From Deltaproteobacteria bacterium (lineage in GTDB: Bacteria; Desulfobacterota; Desulfobacteria; Desulfobacterales; ETH-SRB1): a stretch of DNA of 47,092 nucleotides. The stretch is taken from contig JAJSZP010000001.1 of the NCBI GenBank assembly GCA_030262775.1, positions 1-47,092 on the forward strand, written 5' to 3'. The translations under genes and the position numbers were made by a program. The notes below the pieces were generated by a model. It was not told the origin of the DNA. It was given only the letters and a program-made list of their open reading frames with translations, and did no database searches. Shown in pieces: positions 9,854 through 19,137 of this stretch (position 1 is the stretch's first letter; every line of letters starts with the position of its first letter).

Positions 9854-10645
9854 TTATTTCCGTACAAGTTGCCGCCAATATTCTCGAAAAAATCCTCGGA
9901 CATGCACGGCTAACCATACCCAGGACAAGTTGTGGAATCCATTTTTCCGCCGGGCTCGTCCCATTTCCCTATGAGCAAAAAGAAATTTAAAGTCAGAAAT
10001 CCCACCTGCCTGCCACCCTGCAACTATAAGGTCTCGCACATAAAGAGCCTCCCCATTCTTCAGCTCTCGTAATAAAAGATCATAATCTCCAGCAATCTGG
10101 AAAGTTTCATCGAATAAGCCATGTTTTTCGAAAAGGCTACGGTGATGCATAAGCCCTGTGTGCGGTAAAGGCATCCCATGCGGCATTAGCCACCGTATCT
10201 TCTTCCATGGCTTGCCTATCAATTTAAGAATGCGTCCATTCCTGTCCACCCTGGCGGCTTGTCCATATACAACTTTTATTCCAGAATCCACTGCTTTTAC
10301 TAACTGTGGAGACAAATCAGTTAACACATTTTTGCTCCAAAAATAGTCATCTGCCCCTAAAAAACAGATCCAATCTCCGCGAGAGTGCTCCAATGCTTTG
10401 TTCCATGCATGATAAATTCCACGATCCGGCTTAGATTCCCAGTAGACAATCTTATCGTTGTTATCCTTTAGAATTTCAACACTACCATCTGTAGACCCGC
10501 CATCTATTATTATCAATTCCTTGTAGGGATAAGGCTGATTATTAACGCTTTCAATGCATCGTTCTAAAGACTCTTTGCTGTTAAGTACCGCTACTATGAT
10601 AGTAATTAATGGATTGTTTTTTGTTGTCTTGGAATCTTTGCTCAC
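9854..10645 (-). CDS. GT2 family glycosyltransferase
   Basis: 263 aa with ITIIVAVLNSKESLERCIESV...ELIIIDGGSTDGS and a later GADD motif. The start codon is GTG. Confidence 0.85.
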   Translation of the reverse strand: MSKDSKTTKNNPLITIIVAVLNSKESLERCIESVNNQPYPYKELIIIDGGSTDGSVEILKDNNDKIVYWESKPDRGIYHAWNKALEHSRGDWICFLGADDYFWSKNVLTDLSPQLVKAVDSGIKVVYGQAARVDRNGRILKLIGKPWKKIRWLMPHGMPLPHTGLMHHRSLFEKHGLFDETFQIAGDYDLLLRELKNGEALYVRDLIVAGWQAGGISDFKFLFAHREMGRARRKNGFHNLSWVWLAVHVRGFFREYWRQLVRK

Positions 10646-10731
10646 TACAATTAACCCTTCTTGAGCGATTCAATAGGTTGTTTTGCTTGATTAGGTCTTA
10701 CCGCTGCCAAAACTCCAAATCCCTAAAATCA

Positions 10732-10875
10732 TCAAATCCCGATTTTCCCAATTCCCCATTCAAGGACTTCCCTGTACAATTCAGCATACTGCCTTGCTAT
10801 TGTTTCAATGTCAAAACAGGCCACCGCCTTTTCCCTTGCCTTTACACAAAGCTCTTTATAATGTTTTTCATTGGA
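10732..10875 (-). pseudogene. Orphan C-terminal fragment of a GT4-type glycosyltransferase
   Basis: The minus-strand frame reads ...NEKHYKELCVKAREKAVACFDIETIARQYAELYREVLEWGIGKIGI*. This is the typical C-terminal tail of group-1 glycosyltransferases. It has no start codon, an in-frame TGA closes it at 10903-10905, and it is out of frame with the GT9 gene that ends at 10868. Confidence 0.55.
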
Positions 10876-12058
10876 TAATACCCAGTTGATGCTGTTGCTT
10901 GATCAATGGTTGGAGTGCGGCAAATACTTTTTCAACTGAAATTTTTTCAATGCAAGGGGCCGGCTCATTATCTTTTATAAAATATCGGCATCGCCAATTA
11001 CAGTTAAAGCAGTCCATTCGATGAATAATCGGAACGGGTAACAGCTTATCCGACATGCCCTCTATATCATAAGGCATAAATCGACCATAATGACCGCCAC
11101 CCAAAATACAAAAAGCGGGCGTGGAAACAGCCGAAGCAATATGAACAGCACTTGTGTCATTGCCCAATAAAAATTGAGCGTCTTTAATAATTGCTACCAG
11201 TTCAGCCAAACTTGTTTCACCAACCATATTTACAACCGAAATATCCATGATGGCAATTAAAGCCTCGCCCAATTGCCTTTCAGTTGCTCCTCCGCAAATA
11301 ACTGCCGACATACCTGTTTCATGAAACACCAACGAGCTAAGCTCAGAAAACTTTTCAATAGGCCACTGTTTTCCTGTCCATGATGCCCCTGGAAATAACA
11401 CAAAATAAGGTGAATTATTTGCAACAGGGTTATTTATGCCTTGTGCAACAGGCATAATATCAGTCAAGCTAGGTTGGAATATATAAGATAACCCCCTTAC
11501 AAATTCGGCATTGCGTCTGAGCTCCATAAGGGGTTTTGGATTAGCTGGTATCAATTGAGTGTAAAATCGGTTACTAATCTTTTTTTCTATTGGTCGAATA
11601 TTACTGCAATCACCTACAGACCCAATTTTTTTTCGTGCCCCACTGATCTGGACGATTGCATCGCCATATAGAAACTCTCTAGAATAAGTGGGCTGTATAA
11701 CTATATCAAAGCCAGCCTTGCGAAATTTTTTAAGCAGTCTCACTCGGTATGGCAGATTTCGATAAAATTTCCGTCTGTTTAACTCCCACACTTCATCCCA
11801 ATAGGAAAATTTTTTGGCTATGTCAGTCCATACCTGGTTTCCTAACAAAACAATTTTTTTATCGGGATAGATTTTTCTGAAATGCTGGGCAGAATCAAGC
11901 CAGAGAATGAAATCGCCAATGGCATCAAGGCGGATAATTAATATTTTATTTTCAGCTTGTTGTGAATGATAGATAGCTACAATTAAATAATCAAAAAAGT
12001 ATAAACAAATAGTATAAATCAGCGTTAATATCTTAAAAGCTATTAAATAAATTTTCAT
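10868..12058 (-). CDS. GT9 family glycosyltransferase (heptosyltransferase-like)
   Basis: 396 aa. The motif ILIIRLDAIGDFILW and the C-terminal GNDTSAVHIASA are GT9 hallmarks. Confidence 0.75.
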   Translation of the reverse strand: MKIYLIAFKILTLIYTICLYFFDYLIVAIYHSQQAENKILIIRLDAIGDFILWLDSAQHFRKIYPDKKIVLLGNQVWTDIAKKFSYWDEVWELNRRKFYRNLPYRVRLLKKFRKAGFDIVIQPTYSREFLYGDAIVQISGARKKIGSVGDCSNIRPIEKKISNRFYTQLIPANPKPLMELRRNAEFVRGLSYIFQPSLTDIMPVAQGINNPVANNSPYFVLFPGASWTGKQWPIEKFSELSSLVFHETGMSAVICGGATERQLGEALIAIMDISVVNMVGETSLAELVAIIKDAQFLLGNDTSAVHIASAVSTPAFCILGGGHYGRFMPYDIEGMSDKLLPVPIIHRMDCFNCNWRCRYFIKDNEPAPCIEKISVEKVFAALQPLIKQQHQLGIIQ

Positions 12059-13171
12059 TTATAGGACACTTAATGCTTTTTGGTAGTCGTTATATGCTTT
12101 CTTTTTAATCCCATTAAACTTTTGTGAATAATTATCACCCCCGTTTTTTAAATATTCATATTGTTCTAAAAGCCAATCCAAATCTGCATTATTAACAAAA
12201 ACATGCTGCAATCCAATTTCCTCTGACATTTTAACCCGTGAGTCGTTCCCAATTAGCACAGCAGGCCGACCAAATGAAGCGATCAAAAATGCACCATGTA
12301 CCCTATTCATTATTCCAAATTTTGCTTTAGCATAAAGTCTAATATAATCTTTATAATCATTTGAAATAAAAATATTTGCATTAGAATCAATTTTTTTTGC
12401 ATTACTTACTTCGTTTTGATTATGACAAACAAATACACATTTTTCAATTTTAGATATTTTTTTATAAAACATCTTAAAATCATTTTCCCATTTTTTAAAT
12501 TCAATCTTTTGCCCAAAAACATAATGAGCACCTCCGCTCATATAGTTCAAAGCCACATATTCAGGATTTTCTGGTTCGATATCAAAGGATTCACGGGCAA
12601 AAATTGAGGAGCAAGGAATAATCGGAGTATCAAAGCCCATATTATTTAAAATTTTTTTTGCAAGTTTATCTCTTACGGTGGTTACTGTGATTAAATTTTG
12701 CAACTCTTTAATATAATCTTGGCAAGACTTGCAACTATCGAATTCAGATCCATCACTATCATATCTTTGGCAAGTCCCAGCTGCCAAATTTAAAAATGAC
12801 GCTTTTAATGCTGTTTTCAAATAACGTCTTTTGATTAATGGCTTAAACCATTCGTTACTATAGCAATGCGGCCCATTTGTTTCTGGATGACACCAATAGA
12901 CAGGAGCACCACTTTGCACCAATATGTCAGCTTCTAAAACCCTATCCTTAGTTAGGGATAGCGGGAGAACCCGATCAACATATTTCGAAAATCTATAATT
13001 CCGAAACCATTCGAAGCCATGACGTGTGGTAATCGGAGAATGCTTATGGATAAGCTCAAAGTTAAGTGCAGTGTTTTTAAATTTTTGCTTAAAAAGATAA
13101 ATTATTCCTTCTCTAACAAAATCATCGCCAACATTGTGATTAACGGTGGTAATAAAACAAATTTTTTTCAT
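12059..13171 (-). CDS. Polysaccharide pyruvyl transferase family protein
   Basis: 370 aa. The N-terminal NHNVGDDFVREG and the C-terminal NRVHGAFLIASFGRPAVLIGNDSRV match the WcaK/CsaB-like pyruvyl transferase pattern. The gene is very AT-rich. Confidence 0.6.
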   Translation of the reverse strand: MKKICFITTVNHNVGDDFVREGIIYLFKQKFKNTALNFELIHKHSPITTRHGFEWFRNYRFSKYVDRVLPLSLTKDRVLEADILVQSGAPVYWCHPETNGPHCYSNEWFKPLIKRRYLKTALKASFLNLAAGTCQRYDSDGSEFDSCKSCQDYIKELQNLITVTTVRDKLAKKILNNMGFDTPIIPCSSIFARESFDIEPENPEYVALNYMSGGAHYVFGQKIEFKKWENDFKMFYKKISKIEKCVFVCHNQNEVSNAKKIDSNANIFISNDYKDYIRLYAKAKFGIMNRVHGAFLIASFGRPAVLIGNDSRVKMSEEIGLQHVFVNNADLDWLLEQYEYLKNGGDNYSQKFNGIKKKAYNDYQKALSVL

Positions 13172-14016
13172 AAGTTCTTCTTAAGAGCTAATATGGCTAA
13201 ATAAGGTTTTTTTAACGAAGTGAAATCAATAGACTCTTCCATAAAAAAGTCTGAAATATTTTTGAAAAACCTACCAAGTAGTAGTCTCCTTTTCCCGACT
13301 CCAACAAGAAAGGCCATCCTTTTATGTATATTATTTTCAAAATAATATTTTTCGCCGATATATTTCTTTGCTAATATTGTCAAACCAGTTGGTTGAATAA
13401 TTTGGTGATTAAGCGATTCTTCATCATAAAATCTCTGAAAAAATGTTTTCTTCCCAGCACTTGCTTTTATGCCATAAACACCACCTGATATATACTCATT
13501 AAATGACTTTTTATAATATGGCACCGAAATAGAAAATAGTCCCTCTGGTTTAAGTAGCTGCGTGACATTCTTAGACGCAATAATATCCCCGCCATTTTCA
13601 GTATGAATATGTTCAAACACCGAGCACGAAAATATGTAATCAAATTGACCAATATTAGAAAAAGTAGACACATTGGTAATATCACCGTATCGAATATCCA
13701 AATTTGTCAAATGTAGAACCGAAGATTTTAAACTTAAGTCCTTCAATTCCATATCAAATGGATTGATATAAACAACATCCCATAATTCGGAACAAAGACA
13801 TAAAGAAAGGCTTAATATCTGGGGTGAGCCTATGTCCAATATCCGCAGTTTCTTATTTTTCATGTTTAATATTCCACTAACATCAAGAATAGCCGGAACT
13901 TCTTTTGTCCTTGTATAATCTATAGGTACTAATGCTGTTGAGATAAACTTTTTTGCATAGTTTTTAGCGAGTTTATTTGCTACTGTAATCAGCAAGTTAT
14001 AAGATTTCAAACTCAT
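13168..14016 (-). CDS. Class I SAM-dependent methyltransferase
   Basis: 282 aa. Motif I is LRILDIGSPQ, followed later by FDYIFSCSVFEHI. It has 4-nt ATGA overlaps with both neighbours. Confidence 0.65.
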   Translation of the reverse strand: MSLKSYNLLITVANKLAKNYAKKFISTALVPIDYTRTKEVPAILDVSGILNMKNKKLRILDIGSPQILSLSLCLCSELWDVVYINPFDMELKDLSLKSSVLHLTNLDIRYGDITNVSTFSNIGQFDYIFSCSVFEHIHTENGGDIIASKNVTQLLKPEGLFSISVPYYKKSFNEYISGGVYGIKASAGKKTFFQRFYDEESLNHQIIQPTGLTILAKKYIGEKYYFENNIHKRMAFLVGVGKRRLLLGRFFKNISDFFMEESIDFTSLKKPYLAILALKKNL

Positions 14017-14984
14017 ATTGCCAACCTCTTGCCGATCGACAGCAATTTACACAGAAAGAAATTTAAAGTGCCTCGATTTACAAAATTCTTCAAATATCTC
14101 TGATCCGAAATACGATCTCTACAGACAAATTTAGGATGGCTAAGTGGAAAATGCACGCTTAAGGCTTGCATGTTTGCAAAAGGACTATTGCCATTGGCTA
14201 CGTGAGTACCATCTTCCCTGAAACCAATATTCGAAATCAAATTGGCATTTGGAGTTACACTCAAACCGTGATTAATTATTTTTGCAAAGCCCCACTGATA
14301 ATCCCATGTATCTATCTCACCCGCAAAAACCTTATCGTAAAGATTTAGCCTATAAGACATCTCACTTTTTCCATCGCAAAAATCTAAGAATATTTTTTTC
14401 TCCTTGACCTCTGGCCACAATTTCATATCAACATCATAATATATCCACGCTCTTCGCCATGAAGCCCAACCCCAAACTGGACCATATTGAGAAAAATAAT
14501 AACTATCGTCATTTCTCAGCCATCCATTTAGAAAGTTGGAACCACAAATTTGCATCACCCTCTCATCCCCCAGATACCTTTCTAACAACTCCTCACAAAA
14601 CCAGAAAAAACTCTGGCTCGGCAGACAGTCGTCTTCCAGAATAATCCCTTCTTCTTCATTTTCAAAAAACCAGTCTATTGCGCCGCTTACGGCATATTTA
14701 CATCCAAGGTTTTTATCTCTGAAAAGGGTTTTCACCTCGCAATCCCAATCCACTTGTGTCGCAATCCGCCGCACTTCCTCACATTTTTCAGCCTCGCCGG
14801 GTTTGTCAACCCTCTGCCCATCGGCGGCCACATAGAGTCTTGGTGGTTTTGCCTGGCGGATCGCCTCAAACACCTGCTTTGTAGTATCAGAACGGTTAAA
14901 AATCAGGAAGAGAACCACTGTTTTCAGCGGGTGCGGAGGGGTGAAGGTTTTCGTTATTATTTGGGAGGCTTTTTCTGAATACAT
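14013..14984 (-). CDS. GT-A fold nucleotide-diphospho-sugar transferase (GNT-I/HlpA-like)
   Basis: 323 aa with VVLFLIFNRSDTTKQVFEAI...LYVAADG... and an ILEDDC (DXD-like) motif. Confidence 0.6.
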   Translation of the reverse strand: MYSEKASQIITKTFTPPHPLKTVVLFLIFNRSDTTKQVFEAIRQAKPPRLYVAADGQRVDKPGEAEKCEEVRRIATQVDWDCEVKTLFRDKNLGCKYAVSGAIDWFFENEEEGIILEDDCLPSQSFFWFCEELLERYLGDERVMQICGSNFLNGWLRNDDSYYFSQYGPVWGWASWRRAWIYYDVDMKLWPEVKEKKIFLDFCDGKSEMSYRLNLYDKVFAGEIDTWDYQWGFAKIINHGLSVTPNANLISNIGFREDGTHVANGNSPFANMQALSVHFPLSHPKFVCRDRISDQRYLKNFVNRGTLNFFLCKLLSIGKRLAI

Positions 14985-15009
14985 ATTTTTTTGATTACCC
15001 GTCTAAAGA

Positions 15010-15167
15010 TTGATGGCATCGTAAAAAATCGAATTTCTACCCTTTTTGTTATTCCAACATCTTATACTCGTCTTTCCGGCGAAAGCCGGAATCCAGTCTT
15101 TTAGGCAATTACAAACTATCTGGACTCTGATTTTCATCGGAGAGACGACCTTTTACGAAACCATCAA
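15010..15167. mobile_element. MITE-like 158-bp element with 17-bp terminal inverted repeats and an internal GNRA-type hairpin
   Basis: The left TIR TTGATGGCATCGTAAAA (15010-15026) matches the reverse complement of 15151-15167 (TTGATGGTTTCGTAAAA) at 15 of 17 positions. There is an internal hairpin CCGGC-GAAA-GCCGG at 15076-15089. The element has no coding capacity. Confidence 0.6.
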
Positions 15168-15208
15168 CCTTGTTACCCTGTTTCTAATTTTTTTAAAATA
15201 GCGAATAG

Positions 15209-15379
15209 TCACAGTCCTTTTATTATCTTTTTCTGCTGGATTATTTTATTGTAAGCCTCATAGACAAAGAGCCAATCAAACCACTCAGCAACATCACCAA
15301 GTTTTCCGGCAGCAAACTCTTTAGAAAACTCAACGCTTTTCATCTTGTGCTTCACTTCAAAGCCTTTGAGACGCTTTAG
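15209..15379 (-). pseudogene. C-terminal fragment of a small protein of the ...EF..F..G.LGD....W... type; the 82-aa track ORF is chimeric
   Basis: The tail reads LKRLKGFEVKHKMKSVEFSKEFAAGKLGDVAEWFDWLFVYEAYNKI. The N-terminal part of the 82-aa ORF is made of a 33-bp copy of the GT gene (15380-15412) plus out-of-frame UXS remnant sequence. Confidence 0.4.
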
Positions 15380-15405
15380 AAGGTTTTTATCTCTGAAAAG
15401 TGTTT

Positions 15406-15625
15406 TCACCTCATAGTCTTTATCAGCCCGTCTTCCAGCTTGATCTTCGGCTTCCAATACAGTTCTTCTTTTGCCAGTGTATTATCAGGCTTACTCTGCT
15501 TTGGGTCATCACTCAGCACCGGCGTAGAAGTTGTCAACGCAGATGACTTCGTGGCCATGTTTAAGCGGCTTTTCACAGAGACGGAAGCCGAGGAAACCGG
15601 CTACGCTGGTGATTAGGGTTTTTAT
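15406..15625 (-). pseudogene. UDP-glucuronate decarboxylase / SDR epimerase-dehydratase remnant with a large internal deletion
   Basis: The N-terminal piece reads (ATA)KTLITSVAGFLGFRLCEKPLKHGHEVICVDNFYAGAE* and has a degraded Rossmann motif (TSVAGFLG). One frame over, it is followed directly by the C-terminal piece DDPKQSKPDNTLAKEELYWKPKIKLEDGLIKTMR*. About 240 central codons are missing. Confidence 0.7.
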
Positions 15626-16851
15626 TTAAGATTCTCTCTAACAATTTTTTCAAACAAACTCGTTGCCGACTTTATACAAACATCCATATTGTAATATTCC
15701 CACTCACCAAATCTGCCCAATGAATATATCTTTTGATCATTTAAATAATTCAACACACATTTCTTAGATTTCTCATAATTTTTGTCATAAACGACATATG
15801 CATGATTTGAAATATTAAAATCCAATGGCTGTATTAAGTATTCAAATTTTCTTCCTTCACTAACCATTTGTTCATACGGCCATATTCCCAATGCCTCTGT
15901 AATAATATAGTTCCATTTAGGGGAAAAAAAATTTCCGATATGTATATGCCTATGGAAAATAGTATTTTCCGCTGGAAAATATGACCATGTTTGCTCTGTA
16001 TCCTTAGCACTCCACAGCATAGTAGTTATTTTATTATACCTTAACTTTTCTGCAATATTTTTGACATATAATGGCGTATTATTTAAGATAAAAGGAATTT
16101 CATTGAGAGGTATCGTACTAATAATAGTATCATAATAACGATTGCCATTTATGCACCAACGACCGCCAATTTGCTCAATGCTGTTAACTTTGTAAGATGT
16201 TAAAATGTTCAAACCAGCCGCCAATGCGTGAAGAAAGGTGTTCTGATCATTTGTTATAGGATAGTAAAAAGACACATGCGGCATATCATCCTGTTTTTTT
16301 TTTAATAATGATTCAAAGAAATCTTTTTTATTTGGGCTTGGCAGCTTATCTTCAACCCACAAATAGGACATAACCGCCGGATCCTCACCCCATATCTTTT
16401 TACTATATGGTAGAAAGTATTTTTTTGCCAAGGTTTCCCCAAACTTTTGAAGAAACCATTCTTCGAGATTTTTTGGATCATCATATCTGGCGCAAAAAAA
16501 ATCATTTGTTATATTAAATGCTAACTCTCTATCGAATTTAGCAATTTCTGGCACTGAAAACTCAATAGGATATGAAATAAAGTGGCCATCCAAAAATATT
16601 TTTGCAGTTCTACTTTTTAGATTCCACTTATCTTTCTCATATATACTAAATACAAAATCTCGTACTTCTTTATAGTTGGAGTTAAAGCAGTGCCCCCCAA
16701 TCATATGATATGCAATACCATCTACGGTTTTAGTCTTAGCTATACCTCCAATCTGTTCGTCAGCTTCCAAAATTTCGACATCAAAGTTGTCGTTGAGAAG
16801 CTTCGCCACAGCCAGACCGGAGACACCGGCACCTATAACACATGTTTTCAT
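15622..16851 (-). CDS. FAD-dependent oxidoreductase, UDP-galactopyranose mutase-like
   Basis: 409 aa. It has the N-terminal dinucleotide fold CVIGAGVSGLAVAKLL...ILEADEQIGG and a C-terminal GRFGEWEYYNMDVCI that resembles the Glf C-terminal motif. Confidence 0.55.
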   Translation of the reverse strand: MKTCVIGAGVSGLAVAKLLNDNFDVEILEADEQIGGIAKTKTVDGIAYHMIGGHCFNSNYKEVRDFVFSIYEKDKWNLKSRTAKIFLDGHFISYPIEFSVPEIAKFDRELAFNITNDFFCARYDDPKNLEEWFLQKFGETLAKKYFLPYSKKIWGEDPAVMSYLWVEDKLPSPNKKDFFESLLKKKQDDMPHVSFYYPITNDQNTFLHALAAGLNILTSYKVNSIEQIGGRWCINGNRYYDTIISTIPLNEIPFILNNTPLYVKNIAEKLRYNKITTMLWSAKDTEQTWSYFPAENTIFHRHIHIGNFFSPKWNYIITEALGIWPYEQMVSEGRKFEYLIQPLDFNISNHAYVVYDKNYEKSKKCVLNYLNDQKIYSLGRFGEWEYYNMDVCIKSATSLFEKIVRENLK

Positions 16852-17753
16852 CTCTCACCCTTTAGCAATTTTTCAATCATTACTGAAAAAACTCGTGCTG
16901 CTATACTCATAGTTTGCCTTTTTAAATAGCCAGCAATATCCATATAAAAACGAAGATAGTGTTTAATAGCACATCCTATGATCTTAAATTTAAAATGACA
17001 ATAAGCTAAATCGTAATATTTGTTACTTATAGAATAGTCATATAAAAACTCATCAAAAACAGCAGAGTTTTTTGCGTGGCTTTCAACAAAAAAACGTCCT
17101 GACTCATTAGTTATTTTTCTATCGTTTTCAATCTTTTTTATTTTTGATATCTCATAAAGATTAACCAAATTAACATCATTTAACACCTCATTTAACGCAA
17201 TTAAAAAGTGTTCAAATACTCCCCAATCTTTAAAAACATATTTACTTAAAATATCTAATATTGGCTTCTCTTTAAAAATAGCTCCATCAAAAAAAACAAG
17301 ATCGAACCCACTATATAATCGCTGTCTTCCGTACTGCTTAAGACGTTCAAAGTGTCCATTATTGATATATGTAATATGGGGGTGAGATGTTCCGATAGTA
17401 TTAGGCAGGGTATGCAATACAATTTTTTCAAAAAAATCTTCTTGAAACACGATATCGCAAGTGGTCCATAAAATTATACCGTTATCCTCTTTTAGTTCAT
17501 TAACCGCATTTAACAAAACAAGGGTTAAACTATACCTACAATTCTCAGCTTTCTTTGCATAGAACTTTGACACGAAACTATATTTATTAATCTCTTTTTC
17601 CACGTTTTTTTCGCCAAATAACGTAACTACCAATTCAAAATTTTTATACTTTTGATCTTCTATACTTTTTAGAAAAAGCTTTTGGATCTTATCGTTTTTA
17701 GTTCCATTAAAATCTCTTAATGTAGTACAAACAACAATTTTTTTCTTAACCAT
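16848..17753 (-). CDS. Hypothetical protein, possibly a GT-A-like glycosyltransferase
   Basis: 301-aa AT-rich ORF with a 4-nt overlap with the downstream gene. Only loose GT-A-like features are visible (IVVCTTLRD..., TCDIVF). Confidence 0.4.
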   Translation of the reverse strand: MVKKKIVVCTTLRDFNGTKNDKIQKLFLKSIEDQKYKNFELVVTLFGEKNVEKEINKYSFVSKFYAKKAENCRYSLTLVLLNAVNELKEDNGIILWTTCDIVFQEDFFEKIVLHTLPNTIGTSHPHITYINNGHFERLKQYGRQRLYSGFDLVFFDGAIFKEKPILDILSKYVFKDWGVFEHFLIALNEVLNDVNLVNLYEISKIKKIENDRKITNESGRFFVESHAKNSAVFDEFLYDYSISNKYYDLAYCHFKFKIIGCAIKHYLRFYMDIAGYLKRQTMSIAARVFSVMIEKLLKGER

Positions 17754-19051
17754 GTTCTTATTCCTAAAATAAACAAGCTGTTATATGTAAGCCTCATCAT
17801 CAGCCTTGCATCCTTTATATATAACGGCATCAACAACGAGCCAATGGCATATGAAATTAACGTACTAATAGCAGCTCCTTTAACGCCATATATACGTATT
17901 AGCACAATATTTAGAAGGATGTTGACAAGCGCACAACTTAGGGTAATCAAAAATTGTTGCTTCTGCATATTATTTGACAACCAAAACTTTCCTTGAGCCA
18001 GCCCCAAACCTACAAACACCCCGGCCCAGATATGAATACTCAAAACCCCTGCTGCCGGCAAAAACGCATCCCCATACAAGACCCTTATCACCCAGGACGC
18101 AAGAAATGTTGTCGGCAAAGCAATAGCCAGGGCCAGCCAGACTATTAAATCATACAATTTCTGCAATCTCTGGTAGTAAAGTTCCTCACTCTGTTTTTTT
18201 GCATTGATAATAGCCGGAAAAACAGACGAAGTAATTGCCATCGGAACAAAATACCATGCTTCGCTCAATCTTACCGCTGCCGCATAATGTCCTACCTGTT
18301 CCGCCCCCAGCATCTCCTTGATCATAACCTGATCTATCTTCATATAGATTGAGATTACCATGCCTGACAATATCAGCGGCCAGGACTCTCTCAACAGTTC
18401 TTTAGCGGTCTCCCAACGCCACTTCCAGTGCCACACCTTTCCGCTATTCTTCAGATACATGGCAGTCAATCCAACGCTATGCACCACTGCATCAAGCAGA
18501 AAGACGCACGCAAACCATACAAGCGGGGCTGATAGCCAGACAAAAATCAATTTGGTTATAGAAGAAACTACGAGCTGAACAAGGTGGGCATACACCACAA
18601 ATTTGGATTTCACCTCTGCCTGATAATTAAAATCAATGACATTAAAGGCCTGGAAGATGACACCAAAGGCAATAATGATAATCAGGATGTTAGTTTGGGT
18701 ATCATTATTGGTAAAGGGGATTGCCGCAACAATGCCGATCCACATAACAATTGCACCGCATGCCTTTAGCCAGAAGGCAGTGCCAAGGAGTTCATCCCTG
18801 CGCTCCGGGTTTTTGACCAGCTCCCGAACTATGATGCCATCTAAACCAAGAGTTGCCAGCGCTGTAAAAAGCCCGACAAAGCTACCCGCATAGCTCAAAA
18901 GCCCGAACCTCTCCGGACCGAGATACCGGGCAACATAGACGCCCACAAAAAGCGCAACAACCATGCTCAACACACGGTGGCCCATAAGCCATGAGGTGTT
19001 GGCAAAATAGCGTCTGAAGCCGGAAGAGTAAATATCAATAACTGCTCTCAA
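17717..19051 (-). CDS. wzx: Wzx-type polysaccharide flippase (MOP superfamily)
   Basis: 444 aa with about 12 predicted TM helices. The conserved N-terminal NTSWLMG....VGVYVARYLGPERFG is present. The start codon is TTG with an AAGAGG SD 6 nt upstream. Confidence 0.8.
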   Translation of the reverse strand: MRAVIDIYSSGFRRYFANTSWLMGHRVLSMVVALFVGVYVARYLGPERFGLLSYAGSFVGLFTALATLGLDGIIVRELVKNPERRDELLGTAFWLKACGAIVMWIGIVAAIPFTNNDTQTNILIIIIAFGVIFQAFNVIDFNYQAEVKSKFVVYAHLVQLVVSSITKLIFVWLSAPLVWFACVFLLDAVVHSVGLTAMYLKNSGKVWHWKWRWETAKELLRESWPLILSGMVISIYMKIDQVMIKEMLGAEQVGHYAAAVRLSEAWYFVPMAITSSVFPAIINAKKQSEELYYQRLQKLYDLIVWLALAIALPTTFLASWVIRVLYGDAFLPAAGVLSIHIWAGVFVGLGLAQGKFWLSNNMQKQQFLITLSCALVNILLNIVLIRIYGVKGAAISTLISYAIGSLLMPLYIKDARLMMRLTYNSLFILGIRTWLRKKLLFVLH

Positions 19052-19137
19052 GTATTGCCTCTTTTTATGTCAGGCAGAAGTCAGAGAATATCTCATATCA
19101 TATTAAAAGCCAGTTCCAGATGGAAATTACATTTATT

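Noticed and set aside
10609-10878. 89-aa plus-strand ORF in the GT2-GT9 gap
   Set aside because: The composition is low-complexity with no recognisable motifs. The opposite strand carries the recognisable GT4 C-terminal remnant, so this is a shadow ORF.
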